DNA of 64,000 nt from positions 105,022 through 169,021 of the forward strand of contig CAJOJA010000004.1 in NCBI GenBank assembly GCA_905234735.1, read 5' to 3'. This document shows positions 25,706-33,690 of this stretch, piece by piece. Under the pieces are notes generated by a model that saw only the letters and a program-made list of their open reading frames with translations, did not search any database and was not told the DNA's origin. Made by a program: the position numbers and the translations under genes. The DNA is from an uncultured Bacteroidaceae bacterium. Lineage in GTDB: Bacteria; Bacteroidota; Bacteroidia; Bacteroidales; Bacteroidaceae. Position 1 is the stretch's first letter; every line of letters starts with the position of its first letter.

Positions 25706-28144
25706 CTGTACGGCCTTGCCTTTATAGGTGACGGCCTTCTGTGTACCGTCGGGCAGCAGGATGGTGAACTGGCGTGACGGCAACATCCCCGGGAACTGGC
25801 CTTTGCGGTTGCCCAAGGTCAGTGTCCGTTTCTTATCGTTCCACGTGATGGGAATCTCGGTGTATTGTCCCTTTTCGTAGTTGTACGTCTCTCCGTCGTC
25901 CTCATAGAGGGTGAACTGACCGTTGGCACCCGGGTAGACGCGCAGCTCCAGACTCGACCAGTCGCGGTCGGCCGTAGTCTGCAGGTCACCACCGACAGGG
26001 ACGATGCTGCCAGCACGGACAAAGAGGGGGATGGTCTGCAGGGTGGTCTCGAGCGTCACCTCCTGACCGCCGTCGTAGGCCTTGCCCGTGAAGTAGTCGT
26101 ACCACAGGCCGTTCCTCATTTTCTCATTTTCTCCATTTCTCGTTTTCGGCAGGTAGACGGTTGTGGATTTGGGTTGCATGAAATCAATGGTCAATTGTCC
26201 ATTATCAATTGTCAATTCTTTCTTGTCCCAACCACTCATTTCGTCGAACGACATCCGTTTCTCCGGTGTGTACTGGGCATTGACGATGGGTGCCACGAGC
26301 AGCGAGCGTCCGAAGAGGAACTCATCCTTCATGTCATGGCTGCGGGCATCATCGGCAAAGTCCATCCACAGGGCGCGCATGAAGGTGCCGCGATTTCGGG
26401 TCACGTCCCAGGCCGTGCTATAAATATAAGGAATGAGGCGGTAGCGCAACTTGATGGCCTGGAGCAGGGCGTCGTAGACGGGTTCGCCAGCCTTGCCATA
26501 GTAGTAGAGTTCGCGATAGGTCTCAGTGCCGTGCGAGCGCATCATGGGGCAGAAGGCTCCGAACTGCATCCAGCGTACATAGAGTTCCTGGAACTGCGGG
26601 TTCCGAGCACCCGACTCCGGTTCGCTATACGAGCGGTTGTAGGCACCTGAGAAGAAGCCGCCGATGTCGGTATTGCAGTGGGGGTTGCCCGTCAGCGAGT
26701 AGTTCAGCAGCATGGGAATCTGGTTGCGCAGGGTAGGCCAGTCGCTGCGTACGTCGCCCGTCCACACGTTTGCGGCGTAGCGCTGTTGTCCGGCAAAGCC
26801 CGAGCGGGTCAGAATCATGGCTCGCTTCTGGTCGGTGGTCTTGCGCTGGTTCTCGTAGACGCCACGGACACAGGCTAGGGGGAATGCGTTACGAAGCTTT
26901 CGAAACGACTGATTGCCAACGGCGGGGACGTCCAGGTCGCTTTCCTTGTAATCGGAGTGGTCGGGGTCGGTAGAGTCCATCCACCACACGTCGCAGCCTA
27001 GGTCGAAGAGTCGGCGCAGGTTCTGCCAGTAGATGGAGCGCGCCTCCTCGGTATAGGGTTTGTAGACGCGCACGCCGCTGGGATAGTCCTTGCGGGGCGG
27101 CCACATCGGCAGTCCGCTCTGTGGCCACGTCTCGAAGTCGAAGAGCAGGTTCTTCTCCTTCATCTGTCGGAAGGCTTTGGTGTACGGTCCGAAGCTCTGC
27201 CAGATGCTGATGGCCAGGTGTGCCTTCTTCTTGTGGATGTCGTCAATCATGCCCTTGGCATTTGGAAATTCGGGGTTTAGGAACTCCATGGCGTTCCACA
27301 GATAGTTCGAGTCCCAGTACTGCCAGTCCATGATGATACCGTCCAGAGGCACGCCCAGCTGTCGGTATTTGTTCACAACTTCGGTCAGTTCCTTCTGACT
27401 CTTGTAGCGTTCGCGGCTCTGCCAGAATCCGTAGCTCCATAGGGGTAGCATGGGCACGTCGCCTGAGAGCTGTCGGATGAGGGCCACGTTGCCGTCGGCC
27501 GTCTTGCCGTACATGAAGTAGTAGTCGATGGCGTCGGCTACCTCCGAGTCCAATGTCAGTCCGTCCTGCGGGGTGTCGTCGATTTGTGTGGGCGAGTAGT
27601 TGTCCCAGAAGAGAGCGTACCCCTTTAGACTTTGGAACACGTTTTGGAAGTCCTCCAGGTTCGACTGCATCATGCGGCGGTGTTCGCCGCGCTGGTTCAT
27701 CTTGTGGTTTTCTATCAGTCCGATGCCGTAAATGGGTTCGTCCTTGTCCAGTCGGAAGTTGCTGCGGGCACGCACGCACCCCTGGTCCAGTGCCGTTGTC
27801 AGAGGCGTCAGCTTCCAGTCGCCCTCCGCCAGCAGTGTCTTTCCCTGCTTGTCGCTGAAGGTCACACATCCCGTCCCGCTGTCAACGCTGACGGTGAGGT
27901 CCGTGCTCTTCAAGGTCGTCTTCCCGTTGGCTGAACCAACGGTCACTTTGCATGGCTCTGGCTTCATGGTCACTACGAGGCTCTGCTGCACAGGGCTGTC
28001 GGCTTTCGTGGTCTTCAGTACGCGTACTACTTGGGGCGACAGGAACTCGATGCAGACTGCGCCCCCATGGGTCTCGATGGTGGTTCGCTCGGCACGGGCA
28101 GCTACTGCCCCTGCAAGCAACAGAATAACAAATATCTTTCTCAT
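25694..28144 (-). CDS. glycoside hydrolase family 31 (alpha-glucosidase/alpha-xylosidase type), secreted
   Basis: 816 aa. Signal peptide, GIIMDWQYW, VWWMDSTDPD catalytic region, FGAFCPMMRSHG, VYLP...WYDYFTG. Confidence 0.85.
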   Translation of the reverse strand: MRKIFVILLLAGAVAARAERTTIETHGGAVCIEFLSPQVVRVLKTTKADSPVQQSLVVTMKPEPCKVTVGSANGKTTLKSTDLTVSVDSGTGCVTFSDKQGKTLLAEGDWKLTPLTTALDQGCVRARSNFRLDKDEPIYGIGLIENHKMNQRGEHRRMMQSNLEDFQNVFQSLKGYALFWDNYSPTQIDDTPQDGLTLDSEVADAIDYYFMYGKTADGNVALIRQLSGDVPMLPLWSYGFWQSRERYKSQKELTEVVNKYRQLGVPLDGIIMDWQYWDSNYLWNAMEFLNPEFPNAKGMIDDIHKKKAHLAISIWQSFGPYTKAFRQMKEKNLLFDFETWPQSGLPMWPPRKDYPSGVRVYKPYTEEARSIYWQNLRRLFDLGCDVWWMDSTDPDHSDYKESDLDVPAVGNQSFRKLRNAFPLACVRGVYENQRKTTDQKRAMILTRSGFAGQQRYAANVWTGDVRSDWPTLRNQIPMLLNYSLTGNPHCNTDIGGFFSGAYNRSYSEPESGARNPQFQELYVRWMQFGAFCPMMRSHGTETYRELYYYGKAGEPVYDALLQAIKLRYRLIPYIYSTAWDVTRNRGTFMRALWMDFADDARSHDMKDEFLFGRSLLVAPIVNAQYTPEKRMSFDEMSGWDKKELTIDNGQLTIDFMQPKSTTVYLPKTRNGENEKMRNGLWYDYFTGKAYDGGQEVTLETTLQTIPLFVRAGSIVPVGGDLQTTADRDWSSLELRVYPGANGQFTLYEDDGETYNYEKGQYTEIPITWNDKKRTLTLGNRKGQFPGMLPSRQFTILLPDGTQKAVTYKGKAVQVKM
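26111..26143. repeat. F1 micro-repeat, 33 bp, in frame inside GH31
   Basis: gttcctcattttctcattttctccatttctcgt encodes TRNGENEKMRN on the sense strand. Confidence 0.85.
26184..26219. repeat. F2 micro-repeat in frame inside GH31
   Basis: tcaatggtcaattgtccattatcaattgtcaattc encodes ELTIDNGQLTID on the sense strand. Confidence 0.8.
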
Positions 28145-28181
28145 TATCTCATTATCTCAATATCTCATTTTTTCATTCTCC
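28141..28181. repeat. F1 micro-repeat filling the GH31-start / MFS-stop spacer
   Basis: tcattatctcattatctcaatatctcattttttcattctcc. Confidence 0.8.
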
Positions 28182-29637
28182 CCCACAGCGCAGTCATGTC
28201 CTCCAGCGTCTTGCCTTTGGTCTCGGGCACCAGTCGCCATACGAACAGGGCAGCCAGGAGACAGATGACGCCATACAGGCCGTAGGTGAACCAGTGACCG
28301 AAGTCGTCGCCATCACTGAGGTGCATGTTGAACATGGGCACGAAGGTGGAGGAGACGATGAAGTTGAATATCCACTGGAAGGCCACAGCGATGGCAACGG
28401 CGCCGCCTCGGATGGTGTTTGGGAATATCTCGGCTATGAGCACCCAGCAGATGGGTCCCCACGAGAACATGAACGAGGCCGAGTAGATGAGCAGCGAGGC
28501 TGCAGTGAGGAGTTCCAGCCCCGTATGCCCGAAGGTGACGGCTACACCGAAGGCTCCCAGTGCCATACCCAGCGAGCCGTAGATGAGCAGCGGCTTGCGG
28601 CCCCACTTCTCGACGGTGAAGATGGCTACCAGTGTGAAGAGGATGTTGATGATGCCCATAAAGACGGTGATGACCATTGGGTTCTCCATGCCCATGTCGC
28701 CGAAGATGCGCGGAGCGTAGTATAGTACGGCATTGATGCCCACGGCCTGCTGGAACACCGAGAGCATGATGCCCACGAAGATGCACATCCAGCCGTAGGT
28801 CATCAGGCGTTCCGTCTTCACGACCATCGTGTCCTTGATGTCCTGCAGAATCTGCCGGGCCTTCAATGTTCCGTTGATTTTCGACAGGATGCGCTCTGCT
28901 ACGTCATCGCGCCCGATGGATACCAGGTAGCGCGGTGTCTCGGGCACGAAGCAGATGAGCAGGGCGAAGAGTCCTGCGGGTATGGCCTCCGAACCGAACA
29001 TATAGCGCCAGCCCGTCGTCACTGTCCACTGGGCGGCGGGGTTGATGGCCGCCAGTCCGCGTCCCATCTCCTCCACCAGGGGCTGTATGTGGTCGCCCAA
29101 GATGAAGAAGTTGACGAAGTACACTACCAGCTGGCCGAAGATGATGGCAAACTGGTTCCAACTGACCAGCATGCCTCGGATGTTCGAGGGTGCCACCTCG
29201 CCGATGTACATGGGACAGATGGCCGAAGCCAGTCCCACGCCCACGCCGCCGATGACGCGGTAGATGTTGAACACGATGAGCAATGAGTAGCTGGGCTGTC
29301 CGTGCTCAAACAGCAGGAACTCGGGGTTCATCGACCCCAGTGCCGAGACGAAGAAAAGTATGCCGGCCACTATCAGCGAACGCTTGCGCCCCAGGTTCGT
29401 GGCCAGGAAGCCGGACAGGGCCGAGCCGATGATGCAGCCGATGAGGGCCGAGGCCGAGGTGAAGCCGTGCCACCCGTTGGTGTATGTGAAGTCCTTGGCC
29501 TCCATGAAGAAGGCTTGTAGACCCTTCTCAGCACCCGAGATGACGGCTGTGTCGTAGCCGAAGAGCAGTCCGCCCAGTACGGCCACCATGACGATGGAGA
29601 TGAGGTAGCCGCGGCTACCGTTGTCAGTTGTTTTCAT
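28165..29637 (-). CDS. MFS sugar porter (XylE/GLUT-like sugar:H+ symporter)
   Basis: GGLLFGYDTAVISGA, GRKRSL, PETPRYL, PETKGKTLED sugar-porter signatures. Confidence 0.85.
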   Translation of the reverse strand: MKTTDNGSRGYLISIVMVAVLGGLLFGYDTAVISGAEKGLQAFFMEAKDFTYTNGWHGFTSASALIGCIIGSALSGFLATNLGRKRSLIVAGILFFVSALGSMNPEFLLFEHGQPSYSLLIVFNIYRVIGGVGVGLASAICPMYIGEVAPSNIRGMLVSWNQFAIIFGQLVVYFVNFFILGDHIQPLVEEMGRGLAAINPAAQWTVTTGWRYMFGSEAIPAGLFALLICFVPETPRYLVSIGRDDVAERILSKINGTLKARQILQDIKDTMVVKTERLMTYGWMCIFVGIMLSVFQQAVGINAVLYYAPRIFGDMGMENPMVITVFMGIINILFTLVAIFTVEKWGRKPLLIYGSLGMALGAFGVAVTFGHTGLELLTAASLLIYSASFMFSWGPICWVLIAEIFPNTIRGGAVAIAVAFQWIFNFIVSSTFVPMFNMHLSDGDDFGHWFTYGLYGVICLLAALFVWRLVPETKGKTLEDMTALWGRMKK

Positions 29638-29671
29638 GCGATATCGTTTATTGCGTTAGTATTCATCGTCA

Positions 29672-29679
29672 CAAAGTTA
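29672..29679 (-). promoter_or_regulatory. candidate -7 box TAACTTTG upstream of the MFS-GH31 genes
   Basis: The reverse complement of caaagtta. 35 nt before ATG 29637. Confidence 0.45.
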
Positions 29680-29916
29680 CGCAAAAAAATCCATTCTACC
29701 GCATACTTGGCGTATTATTCTCCATCCACTTTCGTTTCATCCCCTGTTTTGAAACCTTCACGCAAGGCGTTGTGTAGGGATGAAAAATAGGCTCACTTGC
29801 GAGCTAATCACGTAGGTGGGCTGAGAAAAAGACAGAAAAAAGGGCGTTTCTTTGTCTGTTTTTATAATTATTCGTAACTTTACATGCGAAATACTTCTCA
29901 TCGAAATATACGTTAT

Positions 29917-31506
29917 ATGTACGACAGGGAACGAGGGCTGTATGTGGCCCATTGCGAGAACGGCCCGCTGAGCATCGTGGGCAAGATGGCCAACCGCCAT
30001 GGACTGGTGGCCGGGGCCACGGGTACGGGAAAGACGGTGACTCTGCAGGTGATTGCCGAGAGCTTCTGCCAGGCAGGCGTGCCCTGCTTCATGGCCGACA
30101 TGAAGGGCGACCTCTCGGGCATCAGTCAGGCGGGCCGCATGTCGGGCTTCATCGAGAAGCGTGCGCCCGAGTTTGGCATAGAGAATCCGGAGTTTCAGCC
30201 CTGTCCGGTACGCTTCTTCGACGTCTATGGTGAACAGGGCCACCCCATGCGCGCCACCGTCAGCCAGATGGGGCCGCAGCTGCTCAGCCGTCTGCTGGGA
30301 CTGAACGACACGCAGGACGGCGTCCTGAACATCACCTTCCGCATTGCCGACGAGCGCGGACTACTGCTGACGGACCTGAAGGACCTGCGCGCTATGCTCG
30401 ACTATGTGTCGAAGCACGCCAAGGAGTACACGACCCGCTACGGCAACGTCTCCGCAGCCTCGGTGGGGGCCATACAGCGCGCCTTGCTCGGACTGGAGAG
30501 CCAGGGGGCAGAGCGGTTCTTCGGTGAACCGTCGTTCGACGTCATGGACCTTCTGCAACAGGAGGACGGACGGGGCGTGATGAACGTGCTGGCTGCCGAC
30601 CGGCTGATGATGCAGCCCAAGCTGTACTCGACCTTCCTGCTCTGGCTCCTGAGCGACTTGTACTCGCGACTGCCCGAGGTGGGCGACCTGCCTCTGCCCA
30701 AGCTTATCTTCTTCTTCGACGAGGCCCACATGCTGTTCGAGGACACATCGAAGGCTCTGGTGGACAAGATAGAACAGGTCATCCGGCTCATCCGCTCGAA
30801 GGGCGTGGGCATCTACTTTGTGACGCAGAGCCCCACGGACATCCCTGAGAACATTCTGGGCCAGCTGGGCAACCGCGTGCAGCATGCCCTACGTGCCTAT
30901 ACCCCGAGGGATCAGAAGGCCGTCCGCACGGCAGCCGAGACGTTCCGCCCGAATCCTGCCTTCAAGACCGACGAGGCTATCATGAACCTGGAGACGGGCG
31001 AGGCGCTGGTATCGTTCCTCGATGAGAAGGGTGCTCCCAACATGGTGGAACGGGCGAAGATACTCTTCCCCCTGTCGCAAATCGGTGCCATCACCGACGG
31101 TCAGCGTCTGGACATCATCAAACAGTCGCGCATCTACGGCAAGTACGACACGGCGGTGGAGAACGTGAGCGCCTACGAACAATTGCAGCAGGAGGCCTCT
31201 CTCCCAGACTCCCCCGAGGGGGAGCAGCAGCCTGCCTCCCAAACTAAAAACTCCCTTCCCTCGGGGAGGGCAGGGGGTAGGAGTCGGAGTTCCCTCGTCT
31301 CGAAGGTGCTGAAGGCCATCTTCACGGCCGTTACGGGTACGCTGGCCACAGTGCTAGGCACTATGGTGAGCGATGCTGTTACGGGCAAAAAGACCAAGTC
31401 GCGCACCTCTACGAAAGGCCGCATAGCCAAGAATGCCACCTCGGCAGCTACACGCACCATCACGCGAGAACTGACGCGCGACATACTAGGTAACCTGACG
31501 AAATAA
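29917..31506 (+). CDS. HerA-like P-loop NTPase (DUF853, YjgR-like)
   Basis: MANRHGLVAGATGTGKTVTLQVIAESFCQAGVPCFMADMKGDLSGISQAG closely parallels E. coli YjgR. ATG 29917 preferred over 29884. Confidence 0.8.
   Translation: MYDRERGLYVAHCENGPLSIVGKMANRHGLVAGATGTGKTVTLQVIAESFCQAGVPCFMADMKGDLSGISQAGRMSGFIEKRAPEFGIENPEFQPCPVRFFDVYGEQGHPMRATVSQMGPQLLSRLLGLNDTQDGVLNITFRIADERGLLLTDLKDLRAMLDYVSKHAKEYTTRYGNVSAASVGAIQRALLGLESQGAERFFGEPSFDVMDLLQQEDGRGVMNVLAADRLMMQPKLYSTFLLWLLSDLYSRLPEVGDLPLPKLIFFFDEAHMLFEDTSKALVDKIEQVIRLIRSKGVGIYFVTQSPTDIPENILGQLGNRVQHALRAYTPRDQKAVRTAAETFRPNPAFKTDEAIMNLETGEALVSFLDEKGAPNMVERAKILFPLSQIGAITDGQRLDIIKQSRIYGKYDTAVENVSAYEQLQQEASLPDSPEGEQQPASQTKNSLPSGRAGGRSRSSLVSKVLKAIFTAVTGTLATVLGTMVSDAVTGKKTKSRTSTKGRIAKNATSAATRTITRELTRDILGNLTK
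31205..31277. repeat. two GC-rich palindromes inside the yjgR-like C-terminal linker
   Basis: ctcccccgagggggag (31209-31224) and ccctcggggaggg (31258-31270). Together they encode PDSPEGEQ...SLPSGRAGGRS. Confidence 0.7.
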
Positions 31507-31538
31507 AAAAAGGGGAGTCCACGTGGGCTCCCCTTTTG
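31504..31538. terminator. bidirectional intrinsic terminator between the yjgR-like and nuclease genes
   Basis: A run, ggggagtcc-acgt-gggctcccc, then T run. Confidence 0.8.
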
Positions 31539-31540
31539 GT

Positions 31541-32539
31541 TCATTGTAGCTTCCAGACGGTGGTGGAGTAGCTGGCCTCCACCGTGCGCTCGATGTCGTC
31601 GGGCAGGTTGCAGAAGAAGTCCAGACCCGTCAGGTCTTCCAGTTCGTCGATGCTCCTGGCGTATGCCTTGTAGTTGGCATCGTTGTTGTCCTTGTGCTCC
31701 ATCCAGAATCCCACGGCAGCGTAACCGCCATTGACTTGGATGTCGTTGCGCTTGCGCAGCAGCGCCATGAAGAAGTACTTGGGCACGGGCAGGCGCTTGG
31801 CGGTGGTGGTGTACTCGCCCTGGCGGATGGTTCCCCCCTTCACGACGTAGAGCGTGTCGCGAAAGGCGTTGGTGTTGTACTGGCTGCGGATGAGCAGGTT
31901 CTCGATGTTCCACCAGATACCCTGCGTGTTGAAGTTGTAGAGCTGGGGCTGCATGTTGCTGTAGTAGAACGTCTGTTCGTTGGCCTGCCGCGAGTACACG
32001 CGGTCCTCGCTGGCCATGATGTGTCCACGGGTGTATCCGGTGCCACTGTAGTCGGACTGGTCGGTCTGGTATTCCTGCGGAATCAGGGGGTCGGGCAACC
32101 AGGCATCGGTGCGGCTCACGCTCTTGCTCGAGTTGGTGCGGTCCCAGCGGTAGGCCGACCACCATTGGGAGCGCAGGGTGCAGTTGTATTCCATTGCGTA
32201 GTTGATGCCGTAGGTGGGCACCGTGTGCACGATGAAGAGATTCTGCTCGCCTCCCTTCAGTCTGGGGATTTCCAGTCGACAGGCAGCCTGCTGCAGGTCG
32301 GTGGTGCCCTCCGTCACGGCCCTGACGGAACCGCAGTTCACGATGCGCCCGTTGCTGTTGGTTACGGGCGTGGTTCCCACAACCTGTGCATTGCCGTTCT
32401 GGTTAGTGCTGTAGGAGGTGGGGGGGATGTACTCGTCGTCGTTGTTACATCCCGTAAAAACAAACATCAGCCCCAGAATGAGGCTGATGTTCGTTGTCTT
32501 GGTGCATAGCCACCGTAGGTTACTTGCGAGAGCGTGCAT
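31541..32539 (-). CDS. DNA/RNA non-specific endonuclease (Serratia NucA family), lipoprotein
   Basis: Lipobox [12 protein letters not shown]. Catalytic pattern [13 protein letters not shown]...SNMQPQ...[12 protein letters not shown] (RGH...N..PQ...W..E). Confidence 0.8.
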   Translation of the reverse strand: MHALASNLRWLCTKTTNISLILGLMFVFTGCNNDDEYIPPTSYSTNQNGNAQVVGTTPVTNSNGRIVNCGSVRAVTEGTTDLQQAACRLEIPRLKGGEQNLFIVHTVPTYGINYAMEYNCTLRSQWWSAYRWDRTNSSKSVSRTDAWLPDPLIPQEYQTDQSDYSGTGYTRGHIMASEDRVYSRQANEQTFYYSNMQPQLYNFNTQGIWWNIENLLIRSQYNTNAFRDTLYVVKGGTIRQGEYTTTAKRLPVPKYFFMALLRKRNDIQVNGGYAAVGFWMEHKDNNDANYKAYARSIDELEDLTGLDFFCNLPDDIERTVEASYSTTVWKLQ

Positions 32540-32771
32540 AGCGGCTCATGAACTTATCTACGCGACCTGCGGTGTCGACGAGCTTCGACTTGCCCGTGTA
32601 GAAGGGGTGAGAGGTGCTGGAGATTTCCAGTTTCACAAGGGGATAGGTTTCGCCTTCGAACTCGATGGTCTCGCTGGTCTTACAGGTGGAGCGACTAAGG
32701 AACATATCGCCGTTCGACATGTCCTTGAAGACTACGGGGCGATAGTTTTCGGGATGAAGATCCTTTTTCAT
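32520..32771 (-). CDS. rpmE2: 50S ribosomal protein L31, type B (no CxxC zinc motif)
   Basis: [29 protein letters not shown]...HPFYTGK. ATG at 32771. Confidence 0.9.
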   Translation of the reverse strand: MKKDLHPENYRPVVFKDMSNGDMFLSRSTCKTSETIEFEGETYPLVKLEISSTSHPFYTGKSKLVDTAGRVDKFMSRYARSRK

Positions 32772-32865
32772 TTTCGTATTGTTTTTATTGTTTCTGTTTT
32801 CTTTTTCTCGGGTCGAATAGAGTTGGTAACACGGCACAAAGCCCACTATTCGGCATTACGGAGTG

Positions 32866-32873
32866 CAAAATTA
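32866..32873 (-). promoter_or_regulatory. candidate -7 box TAATTTTG upstream of rpmE2
   Basis: The reverse complement of caaaatta, within a duplicated agtgcaaa motif. About 95 nt before ATG 32771. Confidence 0.35.
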
Positions 32874-32949
32874 GTGCAAATCCAGCGAATAACCAAATTT
32901 ATTTGAGTTTTTTTAAGCAAAAGGGTATAAACGAGGGCTAAACGAGGTG

Positions 32950-33201
32950 TTATTTCTTGTTTTGTCTTTTCAACCAGTTGATAAAGTCCTTGCGTGTGAG
33001 TCCTAACGTGCGCAGATTGTTTTTGACAATAAATTCCGGAACGGGAGTTATGTGTGTTTACAGAATCACGGGATGCAGTCATCCCTCTTTCGTCCATTTT
33101 TCATGGCCTCCATCACTGCATTCCACTTCGCGACAGCCTATGTCGGATAGGAACTGACGAAATTCTATCAGGGAAATGTTGTTCAGACTGTAGGTGTTCA
33201 T
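32950..33201 (-). pseudogene. hicA: HicA-family toxin gene with two in-frame stop codons
   Basis: A single frame reads MNTYSLNNISLIEFRQFLSDIGCREVECSDGGHEKWTKEG*LHPVIL*THITPVPEFIVKNNLRTLGLTRKDFINWLKRQNKK*. TGA at 33079-33081 and TAA at 33058-33060. The start overlaps the upstream stop (ATGA). Confidence 0.65.
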
Positions 33202-33557
33202 GCGAATGCCGGGCAACGTGTGTTCACGTTAATTTTGGAAAACTCGGGCATGGAGACGACTTTCTGCATCTGAGCATTACCCGATAGCCGTTCGTCGAAC
33301 CTGGGCTCCGTGCCCCGTCGTGGACCAACCTTCCACCCGTGCCGTGTCAAATCCTCGTGCAGCGTATTCTGTTCCATTTGACTACGCAGATATTCGGACA
33401 GCATATATTCAAAATCCTGACGCGCCTTGCTCTCCGTCGTGTCATAGCCTGAAAGGTCAAGCGATGGGCAATAGGCAATAAAGACGTCATTCTCTTTGAA
33501 CACATAAACGGATACGGATATGCTGATTCCTTCTTTGTTGAATGAGATGGTGTTCAT
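33198..33557 (-). CDS. hicB: HicB-like antitoxin (UPF0150-type N-terminal domain)
   Basis: 119 aa. VYVFKENDVFIAYCPSLDLSGYDTTESKARQDFEYML fits the HicB N-domain pattern. It is translationally coupled to the hicA remnant. Confidence 0.55.
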   Translation of the reverse strand: MNTISFNKEGISISVSVYVFKENDVFIAYCPSLDLSGYDTTESKARQDFEYMLSEYLRSQMEQNTLHEDLTRHGWKVGPRRGTEPRFDERLSGNAQMQKVVSMPEFSKINVNTRCPAFA

Positions 33558-33635
33558 GTCAGAATATGCTTTATCAGGCAGTAAAGTTAGTGATCATTTC
33601 TGATTTCTCAAAAACCTAAGATTCTTTTTTAATGT

Positions 33636-33670
33636 AAAAGCCCGCGAAGTGTGGTGCTTCGCGGGCTTTT
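33636..33670 (-). terminator. terminator after the barrel-lipoprotein operon
   Basis: 14-bp stem aaaagcccgcgaag / cttcgcgggctttt with a 7-nt loop, 21 nt past the stop at 33691. Confidence 0.75.
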
Positions 33671-33690
33671 ATATATGTTTATGCGTGTTT

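Noticed and set aside
29917-32539. The HerA-like ATPase plus adjacent nuclease as a NurA/HerA-style or defence gene pair.
   Set aside because: The genes are convergent and separated by a bidirectional terminator. The ATPase closely matches the widespread YjgR/DUF853 type. The nuclease has a lipoprotein export signal, so the two act in different compartments.
33058-33081. Recoding (selenocysteine or read-through) of the TGA in the hicA-like frame.
   Set aside because: A second, different stop (TAA) follows 7 codons later. No SECIS-like hairpin is evident. Toxin decay by nonsense mutation is the simpler explanation.
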